Below are positions 10,926 to 20,804 of a DNA stretch of 35,704 nucleotides, one piece after another. This DNA comes from an uncultured Megasphaera sp. Its GTDB lineage: Bacteria > Bacillota > Negativicutes > Veillonellales > Megasphaeraceae. Positions within the stretch are counted from its first letter, which is position 1. Each line of letters opens with the position of its first letter. The position numbers and the translations under genes were made by a program. The notes under the pieces are model-generated. The model was not told the DNA's origin. It worked only from the letters and a program-made list of their open reading frames with translations, and searched no databases. Location: contig CALBLM010000192.1 in NCBI GenBank assembly GCA_937895695.1, forward strand, positions 1 to 35,704, in the 5' to 3' direction.

Positions 10926-12287
10926 TTGGAATTTTCCCTAGGAAAACAATGTTTAGTAATTGTCTTGCTTATTCTTGGCAATGGTATTTTTTCTATGCTG
11001 GAAATGTCGATTGTTAGTTGCAGGCAGGCTCGGCTGGAAGCAATTGCCGAAGATGGAAATAAGTCTGCCGAAATTGTTCTAAAATTGCGGGAAAACCCAA
11101 ATAAAATGTTCTCTGCTGTTCAGTTTGGCATTACCTTATTAGGGCTGCTGACTGGTGTATATGGCGGTACAGAAATGGCCCAGCCTATGTCTAAGTATGT
11201 GGCCATGATACCGGGAATGGAACAATATGCCTATACCGTTAGTTTAACGACAATCGTAGCCATTGTTACTTATTTGAGTATTATCTTTGGTGAAATTGTG
11301 CCCAAGCGGATAGCCATTGATAATCCTGAAAAATTATCCTGTATGCTAGCACGGCCGATGCTGTATTTTTGCACCTTATGTACGCCGCTGATATGGGTTT
11401 TATCGGCGTCAACAGCATTAGTTACCAAAGTGATTGGCGTATCCAAGCCGGAAGTACATCCCGTAACAGAGGAAGAAATCAAACTGTTATTGGAGCAAGG
11501 GGCGGAATTAGGCGCGTTTGAAAAAGAAGAACCAGAATTAGTTGACCGTGTATTTCGTTTGGCTGATATGAATGTCAGTGATATTATGACCAATCGTACG
11601 CAAGTAGCTTGGATTGATTTAGAAGATAACGAAGATGTCATGATGAAAGAGATTATTTCTTGTAATCATGTACATTTGCCTGTAGGCCGTGGTTCATTAG
11701 ATGATTTTTTGGGCATGATAACGGTCAATGAAGTTTTTCAGAAGTATTATGAGGCCGTGCGGCAAGGAAAATCTGTACAGCTGCGCACATTGGTAGAAGA
11801 ATGTGTTAGTAAGCCTGTTTTTGTACCGGAATCGATGGATATTATTAAAGTAGTTTCCGTATTTCGGGAAGAAAGCGTTCATGAAGCGGCTGTTTTGGAT
11901 GAATATGGAAGTTTGACAGGCATATTGACGTTACATGATATATTAGAAGAATTAGTAGGTACGATGCCGTCAGGCGAAGAAGAAAAGAAAGAAAATGCCA
12001 ATCGTATTATTGAACGAGGACCGAATCAATGGCTGATGGAAGGATTACTAACGATAGAAGAATTTAAAGATTTCTTTAAAATTGAAGACGAACTTCCAGA
12101 TGAAGAAGAAGATTTATATAAAACATTAGCGGGATTCGTAACCTATGGTGTAGGGAGGATACCGAAAGAAACAGATACCTATACGTGGAAAGAATTTACT
12201 TTTGAAGTCATGGATATGGATAATCTGCGTGTAGATAAAATACTCGTAACACGTCATCCCATTGAAACGGAAATAGCAGAACAATAA
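10926..12287 (+). CDS. HlyC/CorC (CNNM + CBS + CorC) family transporter, probable Mg2+ exporter
   Basis: NGIFSMLEMSI, IFGEIVPKRIA, VLDEYGSLTGILTLHDILEELVG, TLAGF...GRIP. Confidence 0.92.
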   Translation: MEFSLGKQCLVIVLLILGNGIFSMLEMSIVSCRQARLEAIAEDGNKSAEIVLKLRENPNKMFSAVQFGITLLGLLTGVYGGTEMAQPMSKYVAMIPGMEQYAYTVSLTTIVAIVTYLSIIFGEIVPKRIAIDNPEKLSCMLARPMLYFCTLCTPLIWVLSASTALVTKVIGVSKPEVHPVTEEEIKLLLEQGAELGAFEKEEPELVDRVFRLADMNVSDIMTNRTQVAWIDLEDNEDVMMKEIISCNHVHLPVGRGSLDDFLGMITVNEVFQKYYEAVRQGKSVQLRTLVEECVSKPVFVPESMDIIKVVSVFREESVHEAAVLDEYGSLTGILTLHDILEELVGTMPSGEEEKKENANRIIERGPNQWLMEGLLTIEEFKDFFKIEDELPDEEEDLYKTLAGFVTYGVGRIPKETDTYTWKEFTFEVMDMDNLRVDKILVTRHPIETEIAEQ

Positions 12288-12291
12288 AAAT

Positions 12292-12324
12292 CATGCCGAA
12301 CCAAGAATTGCTTGGTTCGGCATG
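12292..12324. terminator. Hairpin between convergent genes
   Basis: Perfect 14-bp stem catgccgaaccaag / cttggttcggcatg. Confidence 0.75.
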
Positions 12325-12338
12325 TATCGTATATAGCG

Positions 12339-13298
12339 TTATTCGGTTTTAGTCGTTCGTAAAAATAAACGACGCAATACGTCTTGTGGATTTTGATGTT
12401 GTTGAATAATCGCATAGACTGCCGCTGTAATAGGCAGTTCGATATGATGCTGGCTGGCGATATCCATAAGTGCTTCTGTGGTATAGACGCCTTCGGCTAA
12501 TTTATGAAACGGTTTTCCCAACATAAAATCTTCGCCAAAACGACGATTATTGCTGTGTGATGAAAATAACGTTGCTTCATAGTCGCCAAGATGGCTTAAT
12601 CCATATACAGTCATTTCATTACCGCCTAAGGCTTTAATGAGTACGGATAATTCATGCGTTCCCCGTGCCATCAGTGCGCCTTTCAGACTGGTTAGATGAG
12701 CACCATCCAGCATACCTGCAGCAATACCCATAACATTTTTTGCAGCCGCACCAATTTCAATGCCTAATAAATCCTGGCCGTAATAAAAGCGGATGAGCGG
12801 GCTAGTAAATATATCTACCAGTTTGTGTGTTAAAGTAGTGTCCTTAGAGGCCATGACCATACAATTTGGCATGCCCTTTATAAAATCCTGCACATGTCCT
12901 GGTCCTACCCAGACAGCTGTTTGTATATCTTGGCCAAGTTCTTCTTCTATAACCGTAGTCAATCGTTTGCCGCTTCCTATTTCTAAGCCTTTCATTGCCA
13001 AAACAATAGGCATAGTCATCGGAATAGCCAGTTCATGAAGTTGTTTGGCAAATGAACGGACTTGTTGGGCACTGATAGAAAGAATACATACATCAGCGGA
13101 AGTAATGGCTTTTTTTATGTCTGAAGTTAATGTAATAGAAGTTGGAAGTGTTACATATTCATTTTTTCGTGTGGCAATTAATTCTTTTATATGTTGTGAA
13201 CTGGCCCGTCCCCAAAGTGTTACAGTATATCCGATATGATCAGCGTACCAAGCATGAAACGCCCCCCAGCGGCCGCAGCCTAAAACGGTTATATTCAT
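12339..13298 (-). CDS. gpsA: NAD(P)H-dependent glycerol-3-phosphate dehydrogenase
   Basis: VLGCGRWG, KGLE, EIGAAAKNVMGIAAG, GLSHLGD...SNNRRFG, AEGVYT. Confidence 0.93.
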   Translation of the reverse strand: MNITVLGCGRWGAFHAWYADHIGYTVTLWGRASSQHIKELIATRKNEYVTLPTSITLTSDIKKAITSADVCILSISAQQVRSFAKQLHELAIPMTMPIVLAMKGLEIGSGKRLTTVIEEELGQDIQTAVWVGPGHVQDFIKGMPNCMVMASKDTTLTHKLVDIFTSPLIRFYYGQDLLGIEIGAAAKNVMGIAAGMLDGAHLTSLKGALMARGTHELSVLIKALGGNEMTVYGLSHLGDYEATLFSSHSNNRRFGEDFMLGKPFHKLAEGVYTTEALMDIASQHHIELPITAAVYAIIQQHQNPQDVLRRLFLRTTKTE

Positions 13299-13386
13299 AA
13301 TGTCATCTCCTTTGTAGTTGATACGACTATATACAATAAAAATAACAACTAGTATACATTGTTTTTTAGGACTTGGTATACGCTGG

Positions 13387-13872
13387 TTATTTTGTTAATA
13401 GGTTTAAATATACTGTCAGTACGTGATAGAATGTGTCTAATTCTTCAACAGAACAGTGTTTGAGCAGTTCTGATGTTGTTGAGGTGATATCATTAATATC
13501 GAAAATTTTGTGAGCTTGAGATATATGTTTTCCCTTTTCTGTCACAAATAAAAGTAAATTTTTTTTATTATTTCCTTCTGTTTGTTTATAAATATATCCT
13601 GCTTTTTCGAGGGATTTTACGGCTTGTGATAATGCAGACGTTGTGCGGTTGCGCTGAGCAGCTAATTCTGTAATCGTAAGACCGGGATGTTCTTCAATGG
13701 TAGTTAAAATATGAGCTAACGGAGCAGTGAGATGATCACCAGTTCCATAATCTCTGGGAATCATCATATATTTATGATAATAATATACAAAGTCGTAGAG
13801 TTTTTCCGCCCTTTTGTCGAGTTTTCGAAATAAGATATCTATTGAATGAAGATCTTGTTCTAATGATTCCAT
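13387..13872 (-). CDS. MarR-family transcriptional regulator
   Basis: PGLTITELA...TTSALSQAVKSLEKAGYI...LFVTEKG winged HTH; divergent from the patB-like operon. Confidence 0.9.
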   Translation of the reverse strand: MESLEQDLHSIDILFRKLDKRAEKLYDFVYYYHKYMMIPRDYGTGDHLTAPLAHILTTIEEHPGLTITELAAQRNRTTSALSQAVKSLEKAGYIYKQTEGNNKKNLLLFVTEKGKHISQAHKIFDINDITSTTSELLKHCSVEELDTFYHVLTVYLNLLTK

Positions 13873-14063
13873 ATATACGTCCTCCTTTAATAGCCTATTT
13901 ATATTATTATATCATATGTGCTGGACATACATATATAATAAAGCTAATTAACTATATATGTAAAAAAGTAAATATGATTAAAAATAATTTGCATCCCAAA
14001 TGATACTAAATAAATAAATAAATATAACAAATATTATTAAAATATAAAATAATATCAAAACGA

Positions 14064-14092
14064 TTGACTAATAAATTATAAAATATTATAAT
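14064..14092 (+). promoter_or_regulatory. SigA promoter of the PatB-amidohydrolase-YfcC operon
   Basis: TTGACT-17 bp-TATAAT. Confidence 0.8.
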
Positions 14093-14163
14093 CTAATCAA
14101 TCGTTGATATCAGCAATAAATTATACATTTAATAGTTAAGCTACTTAATAAAAGGAGGACATC

Positions 14164-15351
14164 ATGACAACACAAGAATTTATCAAACAATATAGCGTAG
14201 AAAGACATGGTACCAATTCATTAAAATGGGATGATTTACAAGCTCGTTATGGAGAAACAGATCTTATTTCGATGTGGGTAGCAGACATGGAATTTAAAAC
14301 GAGTCACTATATTACAGATGCGATGAAAAAACGAATTGAACATGGTGTATTTGGATATTCGCGTATTGATGATGAATATTTCCAGGCTTTCTCCGATTGG
14401 ATGACGCGCCGTTTTGGATGGCCTATTGAAAAAGAATGGATTCGGTTTTCACCAGGTGTTGTGACGGCTTTGTACTGGATGGTAAATTGTTTTACAAAAC
14501 CGGGTGACTCCTGCATGATTTTAACTCCCGTTTATTATCCATTTCATAATGCGATTAAAAATACGGGACGAAAATTAGTTACTGTAGACTTAACCTATGA
14601 TCGTGGATACTTTACGATGAATTTTGAGGCCATTGAAAAAGCGATTATAGATAATAACGTTAAATTATTTATTCAATCTTCACCACATAATCCGGCAGGC
14701 CGCGTTTGGACAGAACAAGAATTAGATACGATTCTTTCTATTTGTCATCGTCATCATGTTCTTGTTATTAGCGATGAAATTCATCAGGATATCGTTACTG
14801 GCGACAAGAAACAAATTCCGGCGGCTATCGTTCATGGTGGAAAATACCTTGATAATTTAATCGTTTGCTCTGCGGCTTCTAAAACCTTCAATCTCGCGGG
14901 GGTATTGCATTCTCATATTATTATTCCGGATAAAACATTACGTGATATTTATGACGAATATGCAAAAACAGTGAATCAAATTGAAGTGAATATTATGGGC
15001 ATTGTGGCAACGCAAGCCGGATATGAACATGGTGAACCTTGGTTGGAACAGGTATTACAGGTAATACGTCAAAATTATGAATATGTAAAACATACATTGG
15101 CTGTCGGTGCACCGAAAATAACAGTTACATCGATGGAAGGAACCTATTTATGTATGCTTGATTTACGAGAATATGTATCAGAAGATGAAATTAAAGCATT
15201 TATTCAGGGAAAATGTCGATTGGCTGTTGATTATGGTGAATGGTTTGGTGAACACTATAAAGGGTTTGTTCGTTTGAATTTAGCAACTGATCCTAAATAT
15301 GTTCAAAAAGCCATGAATAATATTGTTAAGGCAGTTCAAGAACTAAAATAG
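14164..15351 (+). CDS. patB: MalY/PatB-family PLP-dependent C-S beta-lyase
   Basis: MWVADMEF, HGVFGY, SPHNPAGRVWT, SDEIHQD, SKTFNLAG (PLP Lys), FVRLNLAT. Confidence 0.9.
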   Translation: MTTQEFIKQYSVERHGTNSLKWDDLQARYGETDLISMWVADMEFKTSHYITDAMKKRIEHGVFGYSRIDDEYFQAFSDWMTRRFGWPIEKEWIRFSPGVVTALYWMVNCFTKPGDSCMILTPVYYPFHNAIKNTGRKLVTVDLTYDRGYFTMNFEAIEKAIIDNNVKLFIQSSPHNPAGRVWTEQELDTILSICHRHHVLVISDEIHQDIVTGDKKQIPAAIVHGGKYLDNLIVCSAASKTFNLAGVLHSHIIIPDKTLRDIYDEYAKTVNQIEVNIMGIVATQAGYEHGEPWLEQVLQVIRQNYEYVKHTLAVGAPKITVTSMEGTYLCMLDLREYVSEDEIKAFIQGKCRLAVDYGEWFGEHYKGFVRLNLATDPKYVQKAMNNIVKAVQELK

Positions 15352-15354
15352 GCG

Positions 15355-16548
15355 GTGAAGACTATGGATGCAAAAACGATACATCAATTAGTAGATGAAC
15401 AACGTGCGTATGTTGTTGCTATGCGTCGTGAATTTCATGAATATCCAGAAATTTCCGGTAAAGAAATGCATACACGTGCTGTATTGGTTCGAGAATTGGA
15501 AACAATGCATATCCCCTATCAATTGCTTGATGGCACAGGAATTATCGCTGTCATTCATGGCGGTAAACCGGGAAAACATTTATTGTTGAGGGCAGATATT
15601 GACGCTTTGCCTGTACAAGAAGATACGATGAATTTAAAACAGAAAAAACAATGTATTTCCCATATACCCGGTGTTTGTCATGCCTGCGGTCATGATGCTC
15701 ATATGGCTATGTTACTTAGTACGATGCAGGCATTAGTCAGCGTACAGGAGCAAATTGCTGGCGATGTTATTTGCTGTTTTGAAGAAGGGGAAGAAAAAAA
15801 TTGTGGTATTGATACCATGATTAAGGCTTTGCAATCGTATGCAATAGACGAATGTTTTGCGTTGCATGTTTATAATGGATTAGATGCCGGAAAGGTTAAT
15901 ATTGTTTCAGGACCTCGCATGGCAGGAAATGTCGGAATTGGTATTCATTTACATGGGAAATCCGGACATGGTTCACGACCAGATCAAGCTATTAGTGCGA
16001 TTATTCCTGCAGCACATATTGTAACAGCATTAAATTCAGCGTTTATGAATCAACTGAATGTTGAAGAAACAGTTACGTTAGGATTTGGCGTATTGTCAGC
16101 AGGTACGGCGACGAATGTTATTCCTGATGAAGCATATATCGGTGGGACGGCTCGCTTTTTTGATAGTCATGAAGGAGAAAAAGCACTACAGATTATCGAT
16201 GATATTACAGAACATATTGCATCGGCGTTTCACTGTACAGTGACATATGAAAATCGACATAATATTAGCCCCAAAGCTGTCATTAATGATCCTGAAGTTA
16301 CGGCACGTATTTGTCGAGGAATGGAACAGTTTGGAGGAAGTCAATATTTAGGAAATTGCGCGCATTGGTTTGCATCGGAATCATATAGCGCATATTTGGA
16401 TCTTTGTCCTGGTGCATTAGGAATGTTAGGAATTCGAAATGAAACTTTGGGAAGCGGCGCAGCTCATCATAATGGAAAATTTGATATTGATGAATCGGCC
16501 TTGCCATTAGGAATATTAGCTGAATTGAGTTTTGTTTTTGGTGAGTAA
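15355..16548 (+). CDS. M20D (AcyI/HipO-like) amidohydrolase
   Basis: RREFHEYPE, LRADIDALP, HACGHDAH, EEGEE, HH..KFDIDE. Confidence 0.9.
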   Translation: MKTMDAKTIHQLVDEQRAYVVAMRREFHEYPEISGKEMHTRAVLVRELETMHIPYQLLDGTGIIAVIHGGKPGKHLLLRADIDALPVQEDTMNLKQKKQCISHIPGVCHACGHDAHMAMLLSTMQALVSVQEQIAGDVICCFEEGEEKNCGIDTMIKALQSYAIDECFALHVYNGLDAGKVNIVSGPRMAGNVGIGIHLHGKSGHGSRPDQAISAIIPAAHIVTALNSAFMNQLNVEETVTLGFGVLSAGTATNVIPDEAYIGGTARFFDSHEGEKALQIIDDITEHIASAFHCTVTYENRHNISPKAVINDPEVTARICRGMEQFGGSQYLGNCAHWFASESYSAYLDLCPGALGMLGIRNETLGSGAAHHNGKFDIDESALPLGILAELSFVFGE

Positions 16549-16583
16549 CTGAATTACGTTTTATTTTTGATGCATAAAGGAGC

Positions 16584-18002
16584 ATGATGACAATGAAACA
16601 AGATACGAAAACGTTTAAAATGCCCCATCTTCTTTGGATTATGTTAGGAATTATTTGTATTGCCTGTGCTGCAACGTATGTTGTTCCAGCTGGTCATTTT
16701 TTATTGGACAGTAACGGGCAAATGGTAGCAGGTCAATTCCAGTATCTAGGCTATCAAACGCCGGTTAGCCCTTGGGATGCTTTGATGTTAATGAAAGGCG
16801 GCTTAGTCGGAGCCTCGTCCATTATGTTTGTTGTCATGATTTCAGGTGCGAATGTGAATGTTATTCTAGACACAGGCGCCATGGATGACTTAATGAAATG
16901 GGCTATTTACAAATTAAAAGATAAAGGGACATCCATGTTGATTGCTCTGATGATGATTCTCATGGCATACCTTGGTGGATTTGGTGGAACCGATGCATTA
17001 ATAGCTGTCGTTCCGATTGGTATCCTATTTGCTAAAAAACTTGATTTAGATCCTATTTGTGCATTAGGTGTTACAACGTTTGCAGCGTTAGTCGGATTTG
17101 GCACAGGGCCGGCTCAACAGGCAACGACGCAAATGTTAATGGGCGTTATTCCCTACTCAGCTTTTTTTACACGCTTACTGATTATGAATTTCTTTTTAGC
17201 GGTAGCTATCTTTTTTGTCATTTCCTATGCTCATAAAATTCAAAAACATCCGGAAAAATCATTAATGGCTTCTGAAGGATGGCATCCTGGTGAAACCGTA
17301 TCGGATCAATCAGAAGCAGAACTGGTACAAAAAGTTGAAATAAGCTGGCGCAAATTGGCAGTTATTGCTATTTTTATTTTGCAGTATATTGTGATTGCAG
17401 TATTTCCTTTGATTGGCGGCGATCCGGATAAATCCTTTGATTTTATGATAGCCGTTATGTTGTTCACCATGATTATTGTGGGATTTATTGGAGGAATGAA
17501 TGCGGAAACGTTAGCAAAAAGTTTTGCTAAAGGATTAGGGTCGATGGCATTTGTTGCTTTTGTTATTGGATTAGCAAAAGTGATTTCATTGGTATTGGCC
17601 AATGGAAATATCATCCATACGATTGTATACGTTTTAACAATGCCATTATTACATTTGCCACGTTCTGTATCGAGTATTGGATTAACGATTGTTGTATCGA
17701 TTATTAATCCTATCATTCCTTCGGCAACTTCTAAAGCGGCTATTTTAGTTCCGATTATGAAGCCTGTATCAGAAGCATTAGGATTACAGCCGAATTTAGC
17801 CGTTGTAGCGTATCAAATGGGAGATAGTTTTACCAATCTCGTTTCGCCGCTTTTAGGCTGGACCGTTGGTTCTTGTGCAATGGCTAAAGTTCCTTTTCCC
17901 AAATGGTTTGCTTGGGTATTTCCTAAGGTACTATTCTTTATCATATTAGCTTGTATCATCGTATTTATACTGACTGCAAGTGGGTGGAGAGGGGTGATTT
18001 AA
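16584..18002 (+). CDS. YfcC/DcuC-like (C4-dicarboxylate anaerobic carrier family) transporter
   Basis: KMPHLLWI...TYVVPAGHF at the N-terminus; PSATSKA, AYQMGDSFTNLVSP; many TM segments. Confidence 0.82.
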   Translation: MMTMKQDTKTFKMPHLLWIMLGIICIACAATYVVPAGHFLLDSNGQMVAGQFQYLGYQTPVSPWDALMLMKGGLVGASSIMFVVMISGANVNVILDTGAMDDLMKWAIYKLKDKGTSMLIALMMILMAYLGGFGGTDALIAVVPIGILFAKKLDLDPICALGVTTFAALVGFGTGPAQQATTQMLMGVIPYSAFFTRLLIMNFFLAVAIFFVISYAHKIQKHPEKSLMASEGWHPGETVSDQSEAELVQKVEISWRKLAVIAIFILQYIVIAVFPLIGGDPDKSFDFMIAVMLFTMIIVGFIGGMNAETLAKSFAKGLGSMAFVAFVIGLAKVISLVLANGNIIHTIVYVLTMPLLHLPRSVSSIGLTIVVSIINPIIPSATSKAAILVPIMKPVSEALGLQPNLAVVAYQMGDSFTNLVSPLLGWTVGSCAMAKVPFPKWFAWVFPKVLFFIILACIIVFILTASGWRGVI

Positions 18003-18028
18003 TATCATAATATAATATGTAACAATAC

Positions 18029-18080
18029 AAAACGATGGGATACTAATATGGCTGGGTATTCCATCGTTTTTTGTTTTTTT
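18029..18080 (+). terminator. Terminator of the PatB operon
   Basis: aaaacgatgggatac / gtattccatcgtttt followed by T-runs. Confidence 0.75.
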
Positions 18081-18098
18081 GTATTGCCTAAGAGATAA

Positions 18099-18140
18099 AT
18101 AAAAAACGCTCTGAAATATGATTTCTAGAGCGTTTTTTAT
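18099..18140 (-). terminator. Terminator of the citrate synthase-icd operon
   Basis: ataaaaaacgctct / agagcgttttttat inverted repeat. Confidence 0.75.
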
Positions 18141-18157
18141 GTGTAAATAGATAGATA

Positions 18158-19153
18158 TTATAATTTTGCGATGACAGCATCACGATATTCTTCTGTTGTA
18201 GCTTTGCCACCAAGGTCTGGTGTGAGATGTTGTTTTTCAGCGAGGACATTGTCAACGGCTTTACGGATATTGGCGGCGATTTTCGTTTCGCCGATATATT
18301 CCAACAGCATGCAAGCAGACCAGAGAAGAGCCGTCGGATTGGCAATATGTTTACCGGCAATATCCGGTGCACTGCCGTGTACAGCTTCAAACATAGCATA
18401 GTCATCACCGATATTCATGGAAGGCATGAGACCTAAGCCGCCGATAAGGCCACTCGTAAGATCGGAAAGAATATCGCCGTAGAGATTGGGCGTAACGATA
18501 ACATCCATGGTTTCCGGATGCATGACGAGCTGCATGCACGTATTATCGACGATTTTATCATCACTTTCAATTTGCGGATACTCTTTGGCAATGGCTTTGA
18601 AAATATCGAGAAACATGCCGTCTGTCATTTTTAAGATATTGGCTTTATGAACACACGTTACTTTTTTGCGGTTGTGGGAAACGGCATATTCAAATGCCGC
18701 CCGAATAATGCGTTCACTAGCTTTGCGTGTAATAATTTTAATGGCATGAACAGTATCTTCGTTGATTTTATATTCAACGCCGACATACAAGCCTTCTGTG
18801 TTTTCACGGAATGTGACAATATCTACATTAGGAAACGGTGTTGGTACAGCTGCATTCGATTTAGCTGGACGGATATTGGCATATAGGTCATATTTTTTAC
18901 GCAATGTGACGTTTAATGAGCGAAATCCTTTGCCGATAGGTGTGGTAATCGGGGATTTTAATAATAAGCGAGTTTTTTCAAAAGATTGAAACGCTTCATC
19001 CGGAATAAGAGCACCATTTCGTTCATATTCAGCAGCACCGACATTGAAAAATTCATAGGAAAGAGGTGCTTTAGCGGCTTTTAAGATTTCGATGACAGCG
19101 TCTGTAATTTCAGGGCCAATGCCGTCACCTTTAAATACGGTAATTGTTTTCAT
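18158..19153 (-). CDS. icd: Isocitrate dehydrogenase (IDH3/LeuB-like family)
   Basis: [54 protein letters not shown]; in an operon with citrate synthase. Confidence 0.88.
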   Translation of the reverse strand: MKTITVFKGDGIGPEITDAVIEILKAAKAPLSYEFFNVGAAEYERNGALIPDEAFQSFEKTRLLLKSPITTPIGKGFRSLNVTLRKKYDLYANIRPAKSNAAVPTPFPNVDIVTFRENTEGLYVGVEYKINEDTVHAIKIITRKASERIIRAAFEYAVSHNRKKVTCVHKANILKMTDGMFLDIFKAIAKEYPQIESDDKIVDNTCMQLVMHPETMDVIVTPNLYGDILSDLTSGLIGGLGLMPSMNIGDDYAMFEAVHGSAPDIAGKHIANPTALLWSACMLLEYIGETKIAANIRKAVDNVLAEKQHLTPDLGGKATTEEYRDAVIAKL

Positions 19154-19154
19154 G

Positions 19155-20498
19155 TTATCGTTCCTCCAAAGGTATATAATCCATTAAATCGCCAACATAT
19201 TTTGCTGCTGGACGAACAATGCGATTATCATACAGTTTATGTTCAATATTATGAGCTAACCAGCCGACCATACGACTGATAACAAAAAGCGGCGTATATA
19301 AATCACGAGGAATACCGAGCATATGATAGGCAAAGCCGCTGTAATAATCGACATTGCTGCAAATATCCATGCCCGTTTTTTCGGTCAGTTCTTTAACGGC
19401 AATACGTTCAAACCGATTATAGAAATTAAATATATCTTCCATTCCTTTTTCTCTGGCCAGTTTACCGCAATAATGACGCATAATTTCTGCACGCGGATCG
19501 GATAATGTATATACAGCATGACCAAAACCGTATACTAGTCCTTCCGGGTTATCTTTAAATTGTTTATTGACAATTTTTCGAATCACGTTTTTTATTTGCG
19601 TATCCGTAGCTTTCAAGCCGATGATATTCATAATACTTTCCATCATCATAGACACGCGGATATTTGCGCCGCCATGACGGGGGCCTTTTAATGCCCCAAC
19701 AGAACTTGCCATGCTGGAGTATATATCCGTATTGGTGGAAGATACGACGATATTTGTAAATGTAGAGTTTGTGCCGCCGCCATGATCAGCATGAAGAAAT
19801 AGCAGTAAATCGAGAAGTTGAGCTTCTTGTGCTGTAAATTTGCTATCAGGACGAAGCATCGATAAAATATTTTCTGCTGTTGAATAATCTTTTCGTGGAT
19901 AATGGATGACTAAACTTTTACGATGATAATAATGAACTTTAGACATATAGGCGTATACTGCAATGGAAGGCAGTTTGCTCATAATATTTAAGCCCTTGCG
20001 CAATGTCTGATATACATCCGTATTATCTGGATCAGGATCGTAATTATATAATGTGAGCAACGCATGCTGTAATTTATTCATTAAATTCTTCCCAGGAAGA
20101 CGGAGCAAATTCATTTCCAAAAAATCGTCGGGAAGATCGTAACTATCCTGCATGACTCGACAGTATGCATTTAGTTCTTCACGAGATGGAAGATAGCCGA
20201 ATAATAAGAGGAAACAGGCTTCTTCATATAAATAGCCAGTATCGGCATCTCGTTTTACTAAGTCACGGATATCTACACCGCGGTAGTATAAAATGCCATC
20301 ACAGTTTACTTTATTACCGGATCCATCACGCTGATAGCCGACAACATCGGCGATGCGAGTTAAGCCGATAAGTACCCCTGTATGATCTTCATTACGTAAG
20401 CCTCGTTTTACACCGTATTTTGAATACCATTCACGGGGAATCTGGGTGTAATTCTGTGATTTCCCATAAAATTGGGCTAAGTAGATATTTTTGTCCAA
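19155..20498 (-). CDS. gltA: Citrate (Si)-synthase family enzyme
   Basis: LYYRG, ADHGGGTNST, LKGPRHGGAN, YGFGHAVY..SDPR, NVDYYSG; TTG start. Confidence 0.92.
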   Translation of the reverse strand: MDKNIYLAQFYGKSQNYTQIPREWYSKYGVKRGLRNEDHTGVLIGLTRIADVVGYQRDGSGNKVNCDGILYYRGVDIRDLVKRDADTGYLYEEACFLLLFGYLPSREELNAYCRVMQDSYDLPDDFLEMNLLRLPGKNLMNKLQHALLTLYNYDPDPDNTDVYQTLRKGLNIMSKLPSIAVYAYMSKVHYYHRKSLVIHYPRKDYSTAENILSMLRPDSKFTAQEAQLLDLLLFLHADHGGGTNSTFTNIVVSSTNTDIYSSMASSVGALKGPRHGGANIRVSMMMESIMNIIGLKATDTQIKNVIRKIVNKQFKDNPEGLVYGFGHAVYTLSDPRAEIMRHYCGKLAREKGMEDIFNFYNRFERIAVKELTEKTGMDICSNVDYYSGFAYHMLGIPRDLYTPLFVISRMVGWLAHNIEHKLYDNRIVRPAAKYVGDLMDYIPLEER

Positions 20499-20804
20499 AT
20501 TGATTCCTCTCTTTCCTGCAAGGATAAATGTCCATTGTTAATTATTCCGTGATATTCATAAAATGTCTTGCGAATATTACGGTGCTTCTTCTTGCAAATT
20601 ATAAGTTATTATAGCATAGTTAAGACAAAAATAAAATAAAAATAATGCAGAAAAAGAAATATGCAAGGCTAGTCATGGGGAGAATAATTATGATATAATA
20701 TGAGAAGAATGTGAAAAAATTTTACAATATGAAATTTATTTGCATAAAATTTTACATTTTAATTACTACTATACATGTATGCGATTGTGCAGAGGAGGCT
20801 ATTC

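Noticed and set aside
20709..20727. Rex-like site tgtgaaaaaattttaca before the aconitase
   Set aside because: The spacer is 7 bp rather than 6 and the right half is imperfect, in an AT-rich context.
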